From NCBI RefSeq assembly GCF_036321535.1, contig NC_087472.1, positions 100,442,001 to 100,506,000 of the forward strand: DNA of 64,000 bases. The letters run 5' to 3'. Source of the DNA: Camelus dromedarius (Eukaryota). The translations under genes were made by a program, and so were the position numbers. This document shows, one piece after another, positions 39,044 through 53,375 of this stretch (position 1 is the stretch's first letter; each line of letters begins with the position of its first letter). Under the pieces are notes generated by a model. That model was not told the DNA's origin and searched no databases. It saw only the letters and a program-made list of their open reading frames with translations.

Positions 39044-40149
39044 CTTAAAGAATTGACTGAAACATTACTGCTGGCAGAGTGATACAGGAGAAAGGTGGTG
39101 AGATCTAGGGAGAGAGCCCTCCGCATGCCTGCCATCTGCTATTTGGATGATCTTGATTTGCCACTAGCCCAATATGAGCCTCTATTTCCTCATCTTCAAA
39201 ATTGGTATAGTCGTGAGCTCCCCTAATGGGCTTTTATAAGGCTCAGTATATGTTAAAAAGAAAAAAACTCCGTGAAGGTGGAGGTTTTTCCTTTTCTTTT
39301 TTCCCCCAGCTTTATTGACATATAACATTGTGTATGCAAAGGTTTTTTTGAATGAAGTGTTTGAGGCTGGAAAGGGCTAAATAGGAGTTCATTATTGTCT
39401 TTCAGAACACCCACTAAGAGTATTCATGCATGTTATTTAATACTCACTTTGATAATATTTACCTTGTGCCAGCCACTGTTCTGAACCTTTATAAAAGGCT
39501 AACTCATTTAAAGTTCACTCAATAACCCTTTGAAGTAGGCACTGGTATTAGCTCCATTTTACAGACAAGGAAACTGAGGCACAGAAAAGGAGTAACACCC
39601 TAGGTTAAACATTTTGGTCACAGAGCTGCAATTCAAACTCAGGCCATCTAACCCAAAGTCTGTGTGTTTGCCCACTGAGCTGTCCTGTCTGTCAGCATTC
39701 TTAACCTCTCTGCTACACCAGGCTCAGTTGTTTGGTGGTTGTGCTTGGTAGGTTAAAAATAAAGGTGGAATCCACTGAATGTTGGACTAGATCATCCACA
39801 TGCTTTATAGGCACCATCTCCCTGAACAACTTTGGACTGAAGCAGGTTCTCTTCAGTTCAGGCTGTCTTAGATCTGGTCTTTGATGAAGGCCAAGGGGAC
39901 TGATCCACTACTTCTACGCTAGATAATCAGTTGTGTGGTAATGAGTGCCTACTGTGCGCCCAGCATTACCGGCTGCTGAGAGAACATCATCTCTGACTCC
40001 AGAGAATTTACACTCTAGTTGGAGGGACGTGACCATGACACGTGAGAACAATACAAACTATAACTAAATCCTAGAGTGTGAGTCAGGGCTATAGGGCTCT
40101 AACATATGTGGCCAAATTGTGGATTAGTCTAGTTAAATGTTAAGCCACC

Positions 40150-40550
40150 TGTAGTAGGTGCTATTGGTGCTCTGCCCATCTCCCTGTGGCCCACCCCAAA
40201 GAGGTCATCTACCGACAGATCCTGTGCCTGCTGATGGCTCCTATGTCTCTCTGACTGAGAGTGATCTGTGCCCATGGGCCATGCTTGGCCTGTGCATGGA
40301 ACAAGCTGGAGTTCCAGCTAGAGCGCCAGGGAGTTAACACCCCAAAATAGTGAGGAATGTGAGTTGGTGTTTACCTATGCCAGCTTCCTTGTCCCGTGGC
40401 GGGACAATGCTGAGGTGTGTTCTATACACCAAGTAGATTGTTGGATGGAGCCCCAGTTGCCCATAGTAGCCACGTGCTCATTAATGTACCCATTGTTGAC
40501 TTTACTCCCTTCCCTACCTCATTTACTCCCTCCATCTGCTTCCTGGGGTC
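40150..40550 (+). mobile_element. LTR16-like ERVL LTR remnant
   Basis: tgtagtagg..ctattggtgctctgccca start and gggagttaacacccc motif. Confidence 0.55.
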
Positions 40551-43500
40551 ATGCTTGTTTGGAAACACACTCATCTTCCAAGGTCCAGCCAAATATTACT
40601 AGCTCTATAAAACCTTCCCTGACCACTTCAGAAGAATTCATCTCTTTCCCCAGTGCTCACTTTTCTCTTTATCTTTTTATACTTATTTTGTAGATGTACT
40701 CCATTTGCATCATGAGTCCTTTCAGTGCACTATGAGGGGCGGGTGAGAAGGGAGGATGAAAGCTTGATAAGGTGGGTGGGAAACTAATGGGATGGAAACT
40801 ACTGAGTCCTGAGGGCCCGCTCTGGGGCAGGCCCTTCTAGGTGCTTTATGTATATCATCGCTTTTAACCCTCACAAAAACTCTTTATGGTAGATGCCATC
40901 AGTCTCAGTTTGCAGATGAAGAAACTGAGTGTCAGAGAGATTAAGTCCTTTGCCCAGAGTCACACAGCTCGGAGGATTCCCCATCGCAGTCAGTAGCCTG
41001 TTCTGTTCATACAGTACCAGGTTGCTCAGTAAGTGTGTGAAGACTGCATGAACATGTTGCTGAGACATGGGAAGAAGATGGAGAGGGAGCCTGAGGTAGA
41101 CCACCGGGGAGCGGCTGTTCCCCCCAGCTCTGGTGGACGTGAACTGCAAACACAGTAGCTTCACCCTGGAAACCTGAGAGATAACTCAGCTCTTGACAGC
41201 GAGGAGAGATAGATATTGACACTCTTTTGTTAAGCCACTGGTCAACAGAGAGAAGCCTTAGACCTTTAACACTTCCAGTTGTGTAACTTGGTGATGTTTG
41301 AGAGTCATTCTTGGTCTACCAGAAGCCCAAATGAGCTTTGGCAGGTAACTATACTTGACTCCAGCCTCTAGTTCTTTTGGGCTGTGCCAATCCTTTTTTC
41401 TTTTCTTTGTTTTTTTTTTTTTTTTTTTTTTTTCTGTCTTCCAAAGAGGTCTTCTTTTAGGTACAACTATTTTCCAGAGGATGAGATGACGTAATAGTGG
41501 AAGATGGTTATAATTTCATTCTTGCAGAGTTGTCTTCCCCATTTGGAAACAATTACACATTTGAGCCAGTTTGGTGATCTCATGAGCTATAATCCCAACT
41601 TACTCTCTTTCTGGGTTGGGTCTAGATCTTTCTGTGCTGCAGGCATTTCCAGTGATAGACTTCTCTATAATTCCCCGTCTCCAAGGCCTCAGTGTTTTGT
41701 CTTCTCTTACCCTCTCATGCTTTCTCCATCCTTGTTTTTCCTTGTGTAACACATATTGGAGCTGGAGGAAGTAGACTATATACTCCTGAAAGGCAGGGAA
41801 ACTGTCTTCTTTGACTTTGTGCTCTAATACCAAACCCAGTGCCGGTCTCCTTGTCTCTGAATTTCCTATGTGTGAAATTGAGGTTAGAAATACCATAGTG
41901 GTGATCTGATACTCAGCCAACCGCCCAACCCTCCCAAATCCCACAATTTGGTTGTGCCCTGGCTCTTTCCCTGGCAGGTGGAAGTGGTGACAAGGGATGG
42001 TAGAGACTCTAGATGGCTTGAGGGGGGAACTGAAAGCAGAGGACATTGTGTCCCACTTCTCACTTAGAATGCCGGTAAGAACTCTTCACAGTGGCCTGTA
42101 CATCAACACAGGGCAGTGGTGATGAGAAATGCTGACACAGTGTGCTTAGGCAAAGAGAAGGCTGGAGGTGGTATCCTCTCCAAGTTTTTCTCATCTCCTG
42201 TGTGACACGGTAGGGATTCTCAACTGTCCTCATATTCCTAGTAGGTAGCTCTGTTGAGAGCCAAGGGCAGGGACAGGGCTGTAAAGATGAGGGTGTGGAC
42301 AACTTAGACCAGGAGCCAAATGGAGGATGTGACAGACACTCAGTGGTGAGAGCTGAGGGGACTTGGGTCAGCAAGAGAGGGACCCCCAGGCTGGGGTGAG
42401 ATTCTGAGAAAGTAGAACATGGGGCCCACTGGACATAACCTTCCGCAGTGGATGCCACCTGGACCCCCAGGAACCCTGGGGGGTGAGGGAGATCTCTGGA
42501 GAAGCCACTGAGAACCCAGGGCTCACTACAAGGTGAGCTCACAGATCCAGGCCCCTTCTCCCTGCTGCAAGAAGAACTGTAGTACCCCAGTCCTAACCCA
42601 GAAGCCATCCTGACTCTAGAAGGAAGAGGAGGGAAAACAAAAGATTGTGTGTTAATCCAGAAGACATTGAGTTAACTCAAGGCCATTGTAGAGCAGAAGA
42701 GAGGGCTACCTTAAATCATCAAGTTTAAGGATCCCTTTCCTGTACCTCTGGAATGGAGACTCCAAAACAAGATGGAGTCATGCTAGACATCAAAGGAAGC
42801 TCAAGGATTTTTAAAATTTGTGTATTGTTGCTATTGTTTATCCATCCAAATTATGTCTACACATTTTAAACTCACTCTAAAACAAATCCATATGGAAACT
42901 TAGGATATGTCAGGACAGTGGTAGGAATTGTTGGAGACCATCATCATGTCCTGAATCTGCTCCTCCTCCTGGTTTTATCTTTTCAGGTATGAAGAAATAA
43001 TCTGGTCAGGTCCTTGAGGATAAGGGGACATCTTTTCTCCTCTCTATATCCTCCATAGTGTTAGCATGTAGTGGGTGTTCAGTAAAACTCTGGCTGGCTG
43101 GTTGGTTTTGATTTGTGGCTCAAGTCTGAAGCCTAGAGATGCATTAAAACACGGGCCTCTCCCCTCAGCTTACATCACCAGCGTTATCCTCATCTGAACC
43201 CAGTGAGTTCTGATACAACATACATTATTCCTCTGAACTTTTGCGTAGACTTCAGTGAGGTGGCTGTACATTGGCTCTAGTTACCCTTGAAGAATGCATT
43301 TCCTCTCCTCCATGTGATGAAGGGGCTTGCCTGATTGCCTGTCAAGATTCCTTCACACTCTGACATTCTGTGAGTTGAATTACCCAGTAGGGACAGTCTT
43401 CAGTTTCCTCATTTGTTGTCCTGGGATACCGGGGATTCACGGGGTCTGCCTCGAACTAAGAACCACTCATCTCTGCAATCCCATTTTAAGGCTGCTCTCC

Positions 43501-44100
43501 TATTCAAAGTTCCTAATATGAAACTGGGGATAATTTAAAAGTCATAGTTTTTCAAACTACTTCTTTTTACATGAGGCAATTTCAAAGGCTCTTACAGTTA
43601 CAATGAAGCCGGCGAATCTCTTGATTTCTAAATTGATGAAAGCTCCAGAAATGGCTTTTGCTGACTGCTAAATCTCCCAGGTGCCAGTGCTAGCCTTGCT
43701 TTGCTCTTCGTGGAAAAGTCCCAGTGTCTCTTTGTAGGCTCCAGTGGCAACAGCATGTAGTACTGAACATTAGGAACAGTCGCAGCAACCTGTCTGGACA
43801 TTTCTATAGGTCTTCATAGTTTACAAAGCACCTGGGTGTGTATATATCATCTCACCATGTCCCGCTGCGTTGGGTGGAGAAGTTTGTGTTATCCACACTT
43901 TGCTGATGAGAAGACTGAAATGCAAAGCAATGGATAATTTTCTAGGTTACTCAGCAAGAAACACCGTCAAGGTGCTGAAGGCAGCTCTCCAGAACTTCTA
44001 CACCAGACCGCACGAAATGCTTGCTTTGGGCCATATGAGTACATTTTAGCCAAGATCTTTAACAGTGGTGACTTTAACCATGAGGAATGTCCCTTTTGAC

Positions 44101-44323
44101 CAGGGGTTGGCAAACCTTTTCTTTAAAGAGCCAGATAATAAATATTTTTGGCTTTGTGAACCATATGATCTCTGTGGCAACGATTCAGCTCTGCCTGTGT
44201 AGCTCAAAAGCAGCCACAAACAATATGGAAATGAATAGGCGTGGCTTTGCACCAGTAAAACTTTATTTACAAGTACAGTCGGTGGGCTGGATTTGGCCCG
44301 TGGGCTGTAGTTTCTGGACCCCT
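44101..44323 (+). mobile_element. MER58A hAT-Charlie element
   Basis: TIRs caggggttggcaaac and gtttctggacccctg, full-length size. Confidence 0.85.
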
Positions 44324-44539
44324 GATCTAGACAGAGCCGGAGGGTGTGGCACTTATTACTGATGATTTATCTCACGGCCATTCCTTGCTTTTTTCTTGCT
44401 GGCTAAGCCCAGCTTCATAGGATGCTCACCCCTTCCCGCATGACTCCTGATTATTTTAAGCCACCTGTGCAAATGCTGGAAAACTTTCCCCGCTCTTGAG
44501 ACTCAAGGAAAAACAGTTCCCCTTCTGCGTCCAGAAACA

Positions 44540-44743
44540 CACTGTCCAATGTGATAGCCGCTAGGCACATGTGGCTATTTGAATTTAAATTAACTAAAAT
44601 CAAGTGAAATTAAAAATTCAATTCCTCCATCACACTAGTCACATCTGAAGTACTCAGTGGTCACCCGGGGCTAGTGGTTGCCATATTAGACAGGGCAGAT
44701 ATAGAATGTTTCCATCATTGCAGAAAGTTCTCTTGGATAGTGT
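44540..44743 (-). mobile_element. MER3 hAT-Charlie element
   Basis: ctgtccaat...cacatgtggctattt...ttccatcattgcagaaagttct. Confidence 0.8.
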
Positions 44744-46599
44744 GTTGTGCTTGGATGTTTTTGTGTTTGGATTTGTTGCCCGAACCAGTGGTAGCCATCT
44801 TAAAAACACTGGGAAGAGCTAGGGAGTGCAAGTAGAAAATGGAGATAACCTGAGATTTCAAAGATGTGGAGTCTCTGAACTAACAGTATCCCGAAGATGA
44901 AAGAACAGAAGGCTGGGAAGGGCCTGCATCTTTGTTGTCATCACTGAGCTGTAGGACCAACCTTAGAACTGTCTGCTTTTGGATTTCTTGTTAGGTGGGC
45001 TAAATGAATGTCCTTAATATTTATGGTACTTTTAACTGAATGATGTGTGACTTGGCCCTGAAAACATTCTCACACATCTAGGAGTTAACTTTACAAAGGT
45101 TTACTGTGGGTCATGTCATTATAAATGCTTCACGTGTCACCTTAGTGTCTTCTGAAAGTGTCTACAGTCAGGTGATAATCCTTCATTTTCTAGATGAGCA
45201 AACTGAGGCTTGGACAGTTTGAATCACTTCCAAGTTCACACCGCAGAAAGTGGAGGTGGCGGAATTCTAGAACTTGTGTCCTTCCTCACTTCCTCAGTGT
45301 TTTGTCCCTGAAGTGGTTGAAAATGTATTTTACATGACGTAGACTGAAACTTTGTCATGTTCATTTATCCTGGGATGGACTAGTCCCCCAAAGGACTGGA
45401 TAAAGATAAAGAGAGATCTGAGGAATAAAAGCAGTAATTCCACTGATTTAATCTGTTAAGAAGTAAGTTGATGTTCCAAGAGAATACGCTATTGAAATGT
45501 ACCTTGATGTGGGTACATCTTTACTTCAAGGAAATAACGAGAAACAGATTGATCTTGGCAAGAAGTCTCATGTTCACAAGATCACAGTGCTGTGAAAAAC
45601 CATCAAGATGAATTCAGGGTGCTTCTGCAATGCTGTCTGTGGCAGTTGTGTTCGTTTTTGACACCAGTGCCCCGTTTGACCTGTATCCTTCTCTCTTCTT
45701 TCCCTTTAGGAATGCACACAGCATAAAGTGAAAGTTACTCTCTTATCACCTACTGCTTAGTATAGTGTAGAGTTTTGTTCATTTAAGGACGAGAGAAGTG
45801 AAAAATATAAAATGGGCAGTAGTCTTGCTTCAGGGAATGAATTAGAATTGCTTATGATTATCTGATTAATTGACTAAACAAGACCTGAACACAAAACCAT
45901 GTTGTGTTTCAATTTTATAGCATTTTTTTTTGTCTTGCTCCTAATAGAAAATATGATTTGTTATTACAGTGGTTCCTGATCTGGATTCACAGTAAAGTCT
46001 AACAAATTCTGGGTTTTGGTGTACAGGCAAGAGTTTGAATGAGTGAAGAACATTCAGTTATAGGATAGTTTCAGAGTAGAATTTTAAAACTTTCAAGTGA
46101 GTTGCATAATACCACTAGAGTGTAAACTCTGTTTGAGGCCAGGGGTTTTGTTTTATTCCCTGCTATAACCCCTGTGCCTGGCATACAGTAGACCTTCAAA
46201 AATTGGAATAAATGAATAAGCTTTGCGCAAGTCCCCTCATGTTCCTAAGCTTGTTTCCTCACTTGCAGACTGAGGGGCTTGGACTAGTTTGGTATCTAGT
46301 CTGTTCCCTACCTATGGCTTATGTTGTAATTCTTTTCTTCCAGTGAACTCCAAGTCCTAAAAGATACTATCTTTCAAAAGATTCATTTAAGTAAAACTGT
46401 CCTCCCATTTTTGTGTTGAGCAAATACCACAGAAATAACTGCGTCCAGTGTTTGTGATCAGCAGTAGAAAACCAATATTTTAAACAAAGCCAACATCACA
46501 CTGTTTTCTCATGCAGTCTTTTGTGGGTAAATAAACAATTTTTGAAATAAGGAAATCTAAGTGACTACCTTTGCCAGTCTTCCACATTTACAGTATTGC

Positions 46600-47012
46600 A
46601 CTAGGTCACCGACAACCCTGTGTCAAGCAAGTCTATTAGCGCCATTTTTCCAACAGCGTTTGTTATTTGTGTCTCTGTGTTACATTTTGATAATTCTTGC
46701 AATATTTCAAACTTTTCCATTTGTATTACATTTGTTATGGAGCTATGTGAGCAGTGATCTTTGCTGTTACTACTACAACTTGCAGAAGGCTCAGATGATA
46801 GTTAGCATTTTTTAGCAATAAAGTATTTTTAAATTAAGGTATGCACATTGTTTAGACATAATGCTACTGCACACTTAATAGACTACAACATAGTGTAAAC
46901 ATAACTTTTATATGCACTGGGAAACCAGAAAATTCGTGTGACTCGCTTTATTGTGGTATTCGCTTTATTTTGGTGGTCTGGAACTCAACCTGCAATATCT
47001 CCGAGGTCTTCC
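46600..47012. mobile_element. Tigger1 terminal fragment
   Basis: gcaagtctattagcgccatttttccaacagc...gcactgggaaacca...gcaatatctccgaggt. Confidence 0.8.
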
Positions 47013-49575
47013 TATGCTTCTAAACAAAACATGATGCTGGCATCTCCCAAAGCTCTAGCTGTTTCTGTTCTGCAACTGGCCCAAAGACATTCTGAAGATC
47101 CTTACAGCCAGCCAAAGATCCTTATCTTTGAGTGGTAAGATTATGAATTTTTTTTAAAGTTTTCCTTTATACTTTTCTGTGGTTTAGAATTTTCTCCACA
47201 TTAACCTACATTATTATTATAATCAGAAAAGAAATTTATGTTAATTTTTAGAAGCTTGCCTAAGACCCCGAAGGAGACTGCGTGTCCCAATAGAAGACAA
47301 CCTCGTAACACCATGATCAGCAGTGCCTTCCACTTTTTCCCTGAAACTTTGCGGGGTCTTGATTTTGTATAAGAGCTTATGAAACATGTTATGATCACCA
47401 CATCTCCTGAAATCTTTTGACTTCTGCCTCTTTCCTCACATATTTCCAAAGCAATCCCAACAGCGTTTTGAAAATCGGAAGGAAATAGTATAAAGAAGAA
47501 AGAAACTGAAGTGGAAGTCTTGCTCAGTAGAAGAGAGAAATCCTTTTCAGAAAAGCCACTAGGAAAATGAGGACTAGACAGAGCATTGTATTCATTGCGG
47601 ACATGAGCACTATTTTCTGTGTATTATTCTCAACATTGTAGTGGTAGTACCTATGGAGTATGTCCTACTAGGATTATCTTCATCCCTGTTTTCCAGATGG
47701 GAAACTAAAGTGAAGGTGGGTTAAGTAAGTTGTCCAAAGTTAAATATCGATGGATTACAAAAGTCGTACAAAATTAGCAAGTGGCAGATTTGAACCTAGG
47801 CTGTCTGGGTTTCAGAGTCTAGGTTCTTACCCTACCCACCACACTTGAGTGATTCAGGGCAACGTCATATGGGCTGTTGGGGTTTGATAGGTTAATGTTG
47901 GCAGCTGACTTCTGCTCCTCCCTCACCCTCATGTCACAGTAACCCCCCATCCTCTGTTCTTATCTTAGAAATGCCTATTTAACTTCTTTTTTCATGCCAG
48001 ATCCCCCAAGCACGGGTTCAGGTCCTCTTCGTGTCTTGCCCAGTCTACTGCAGTAGCCTGCTCTCTGGCCTTCCCACTTCAGATCACCCTCCTTGTTTAT
48101 TTCATAGCTATATATATATATATATATATTTAAAAAATATTGTTCTATGCCAGGGGCTGGGGAGAATGGGGAGTCCATTTTGCACCCGAGTCTGTCTTAG
48201 GCTCTGCACCCCCAGAGAAACTAAGCTAAGATGCCAAGGGGGTCACTGCTGTACTGTGAGCTGGCAAAGAGTGGCATGATCTGAGGGAGACTTCTCCAGT
48301 CTCCTAGACCCTAACCATTGGTCCCCCCTGACCCCCTTTCTTGGTACTTCTGCACTTGAACATCTACCACAAGAAATTCTCGCTAACTCATAAATTACAG
48401 GTGCTCTGGGGTGAGAACATATCAACTGACTAACGGACACTAGTGGGGATCAGGGAGGGATGGGGCACCCAGGCAAATGCTGCTTTCCTTAAGCTCTATC
48501 TCTTCAGGAGGAGACAGAGATAGCCCTGGCGTGTGCCTTCTCTTGTGGGGCAACTTCACCTGCATGGGAGTGAAAATTGGTTCTTGGAGGTGAAACAAAT
48601 CTTATAGATTACACAGTGCTGGGACTAGGATGAGGCAGATGAGGGGTCTAGAGCACAGAATGTTAGGAGACACCCACTCTTTGGGCTGTGTGCAGCCTCT
48701 CAGAAAAGGGGCTATTTGAGCAACATTCAAAAGAGGCACCAGAGCAAACCAAGGCACTCTCTGGAGGACAAATGTTTCAGGCAGAGGGAGCAAGCAAGTG
48801 CAAAGGCCCTGAGGTGGGAAGATGCCTGGTGTGTTGGAGCAACAGCAGGGAGGCCAGTGTTGCCGAGTGAGGGGAGAGGAGGGGGCTATGAGATCTGGGG
48901 AGAGGGGCATCTATGTTGCAGGAAAAGTGAGGAGATTCTATGAAGAAGCACGCCTATAATGCCAGGGTAGTAAGTGTTCAGTAGAGGCCAGTCTGCCTCC
49001 CTCCCTGCCCCCTGAAGCACTGAGCAACATTTACATATCAGGCTGAAAAAGTTCAGAAGCTACCAGCCTTCAGAAGTAGAGGGAACACAAATCGTGGCTA
49101 GCATTTAAAAATGGAAAGCACAACCAAAATACTCCATTATCTGCACTGGCCTTGACTGAAAGCCTCCATTACTATCTCTGTGTCTAATTTCAGGGGCGCT
49201 GGGAAGAGGCGGATGATGCCTAATATCCCCCACCTGTGAGAAATAGATTTTCTTTTTTTTTTTTTAACATTTTTTATTGATTTATAATCATTTTACAATG
49301 TTGTGTCAAATTCCAGTGTTCAGCACAATTTTTCAGTTATTCATGGACATATACACACTCATTGTCACATTTTTTTCTCTGTGAGTTATCATAACATTTT
49401 GTGTATATTTCCCTGTGCTATACAGTGTAGTCTATTCTACAATTTTGAAATCCCAGTCTATCCCTTCCCACCCTCCACCCCCCTGGTAACCACAAGTCTG
49501 TATTCTCTGTGAGTCTATTTCTGTCCTTTATTTACGCTTTGTTTTTGTTTGTTTGTTTGTTTTTGTTTTTGTTTT

Positions 49576-52500
49576 TTAGATTCCACATATGAGTGATCTC
49601 ATATGGTATTTTTCTTTCTCTTTCTGGCTTACTTCACTTAGCATGACATTCTCCAGGAGCATCCATGTTGCTGCAAATGGCATTATGTTGTCGGTTTTTA
49701 TGGCTGAGTAGTATTCCATTGTATAAATATACCACATCTTCTTTATCCAGTCACCTGTTGATGGACATTTAGGCTGTTTCCATGTTTTGGCTATTGTAAA
49801 TAGTGCTGCTATGAACATTGGGGTGCAGGTGTCATCCTGAAGTAGATTTCCTTCTGGATACAAGCCCAGGAGTGGGATTCCTGGGTCATATGGTAAGTCT
49901 ATTCCTAGTCTTTTGAGGAATCTCCACACTGTTTTCCATAGTGGCTGCACCAAACTGCATTCCCACCAGCAGTGTAGGAGGGTTCCCCTTTCTCCACAGC
50001 CTCTCCAGCATTTGTCATTTGTGGATTTTTGAATGACAGCCATTCTGACTGGTGTGAGGTGATACCTCATTGTAGTTTTGATTTGCATTTCTCTGATAAT
50101 TAGTGATATTGAGCATTTTTTCATGTGCTTTTTGATCATTTGTATGTCTTCCTTGGAGAATTGCTTGTTTAGGTCTTCTGCCCATTTTTGGATTGGGTTG
50201 TTTATTTTTTTTCTTATTGAGTCGTATGAGCTGCTTATATATTCTGGAGATCAAGCCTTTGTCGGTTTCACTTGCAAAAATTTTCTCCCATTCCGTAGGT
50301 TTTCTTCTTGTTTTATTTCTGGTTTCCTTTGCTGTGCAGAAGCTTGTAAGTTTCATTAGGTCCCATTTGTTTATTCTTGCTTTTATTTCTTCTAGGAGAA
50401 AATTTTTTAAATGTATGTCAGATAATGTTTTGCCTATGTTTTCCTCTAGGAGGTTTATTGTATCTTGTCTTATGTTTAAGTCTTTAATCCATTTTGAGTT
50501 GATTTTTGTATATGGTGTAAGGGAGTGTTCTAGCTTCATTGTTTTACATGCTGCTGTCCAGTTTTCCCAACACCATTTGCTGAAGAGACTGTCTTTATTC
50601 CAATGTATATTCTTGCCTCCTTTGTCAAAGATGAGTTGACCAAAAGTTTGTGGGTTCATTTCTGGGCTCTCTGTTCTGTTCCATTGGTCTATATGTCTGT
50701 TTTGGTACCAATACCATGCTGTCTTGATGACTGTAGCTCTATAGTATTGTCTGAAGTCTGGGAGAGTTATTCCTCCAGCCTCTTTCTTTCTCTTCAGTAA
50801 TGCTTTGGCAATTCTGGGTCTTTGATGGTTCCATATGAATTTTATTATGATTTTTTCTAGTTCTGTGAACTATGTCCTGGGTAATTGGATAGGGATTGCA
50901 TTAAATCTGTAGATTGCCTTGGGCAGTGTGACCATTTTAACAATATTGATTCTTCCAATCCAAGAGCATGGAATATCTTTCCATTTTTTAAAGTCTTCTT
51001 TAATTTCCTTCATCAATGGTTTATAGTTTTCTGTGTATGATTCTTTCACCTCCTTGGTTAGATTTATTCCCAGGTATTTTATTACTTTGGGTGCTATTTT
51101 AAAGGGGATTGTTTCTTTACTTTCTTCTTCTGTTGATTTATCGTTAGTGTAAAGAAATGCAACTGATTTTTGAACGTTAATTTTGTAACCTGCTACCTTG
51201 CTGAATTCTTCAATCAGCTCTAGTAGCTTTTGTGTGGACCTTTTAGGGTTTTCTATATATAGTAACATGTCATCAGCATATAATGACACTTTTACCTCTT
51301 CTTTTCCAATTTGGATCCCTTTTATTTCTTTCTCTTGCCTGACTGCTGTGGCTAGGACTTCCAGGACTATGTTGAATAGGAGTGGTGATAGTGGGCATCC
51401 TTGTCTTGTCCCAGATTTTAGTGGGAAGCTTTTGAGTTTTTCACCGTTGAGTACTATGCTGGCTGTAGGTTTGTCATATATAGCTTTTATTATGTTGAGA
51501 TATGTTCCCTCTATACCCACTTTGGCGAGAGTTTTTATCATAAATGGGTGTTGAATTTTATCAAATGCTTTTTCTGCAACGATTGAGATGATCGTGTGGT
51601 TTTTGTCCTTTCTCTTGTTGATGTGATGTATTACACTGATTGATTTGCGTATGTTGAACCAGCCTTGCGTCCCTGGGATGAACCCCACTTGGTCATGATG
51701 TATAATCTTTTTTATGTGTTGTTGGATTCTATTTGCTAAAATTTTGGTGAGGATTTTGGCGTCTATGTTCATCAGTGATATTGGCCTATAATTCTCTTTT
51801 TTTGTAGTGTCTTTGCCTGGTTTTGGTATCAGGGTGATGGTGGCTTCATAGAATGAGTTTGGGAGTATTCCCTCCTTTTCAATCGTCTGGAAGAGTTTGA
51901 GAAGGACTGGTATGAGTTCTTCTTTGTATGTTTGGTAGAATTCCCCGGTGAAGCCGTCTGGTCCTGGACTTTTATTTGTAGGGAGGTTTTTAATTGCTAT
52001 TTCTATTTCCTTTCTAGTGATCGGATTGTTCAAGTGTTCAGATTCTTCTTGATTCAGTTTTGGTGGACAGTATGTTTCCAGAAACTTGTCCATCTCCTCT
52101 AGGTTATCCAGTTTGGTTCCATATAGTTTTTCATAATATTCTCGTATGATATTCTGTATTTCTATTTTGTTTGTTGTAATTTCTCCATTTTCCTTTCTTA
52201 TTTTGCTAATTTGTGCTCTCTCTTTTTTCTTCTTTGTGAGTTTGGCCAGAGGTTTGTCGATTTTATTTACTTTTTCAAAAAACCAGCTTTTGGTTTGGTT
52301 GATTTTTTTCTATGGTCTTGTTAATCTCTATTGTATTTAATTCCTCTCTGATCTTTATTATTTCCTTCCTTCTGCTGCTTTTTGGGGCTTTTTGTTCTTC
52401 TTTTTCTAATTCATTCAGGTGGTGGGTTAAATTGTTTATTTGAGATTGTTCTTCTTTTTTGAGGAAGGCCTGTATCGCTATAAACTTCCCTCTTAGCACT

Positions 52501-53375
52501 GCCTTTGCTGTGTCCCATAGGTTTTGAGTGGTTGTGCTTTCATTATCATTTGTCTCAAGGTATTTTTTAATTTCAGCTTTGATTTCCTCATTGATCCATT
52601 GTTTTTTCAATAACATATTGTTTAATCTCCATGCTTTCCTTTTTTTCTCCTTTGTTTCTCTGTTGTTGATTTCCAGTTTCATGGCATTGTGGTCAGTAAA
52701 GATGCTTGAGATAATTTCTATCTTCTTAAAATTGTTGAGGTTTCTTTTGTGCCCAAGTACATGATCGATCCTGGAAAATGTTCCATGTGCACTTGAAAAG
52801 AATGTATATCCTATTTTTTGGGGCTGTAATGTTCTGAAAATATCCACCAAATCTAGTTTTTCTATTGTAGTATTTAATTTCTCTGTTGCCTTGTTTATTT
52901 TCTGTCTGGAAGATCTGTCTAGTGATGTTAATGCAGTGTTAAAATCTCCAACTATGATTGTATTCCCATCAATATCCCCCTTTATCTCTGTTAGTAATTC
53001 TTGTATGTACTTAGGTGCTCCTATATTGGGTGCATATATATTAACGAGTGTAATATCCTCATCTTGTATCACTCCTTTAATCATTATAAAATGTCCTTCT
53101 TTATCTTTCTTTATGGCCTTTGTTTTAAAGTCTATTTTGTCTGAAATCAGTACTGCAACACCTGCTTTTCTGGCTTTTCCATTTGCATGGAATATCCTTT
53201 TCCATCCTTTCACTCTCAATCTATATGTGTCCTTCTCCCTAAAGTGGGTCTCTTGTATGCAGCCTATTGAAGGTTCTTGCTTTATTATCCAGTCTGCCAC
53301 TCTGTGTCTTTTGACTGGAGCATTTAGTCCATTAACATTTACGGTAATTAATGATAGATGTGTGTTTATTGCCAT
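49576..53375 (-). pseudogene. L1 ORF2p (APE endonuclease, reverse transcriptase, Cys-rich domain), disrupted
   Basis: EN motifs NVNGLN, IQETH, GDFN, RIDH and TDHN. RT motifs QGCPLSP and YADD. CWRGC..HCWWEC knuckle. Lesions: +1 shifts at 52303-52309 and 50205-50212, in-frame TAG at 50870-50872, and [11 protein letters not shown] in place of IISIDAEKAFD. Confidence 0.95.
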
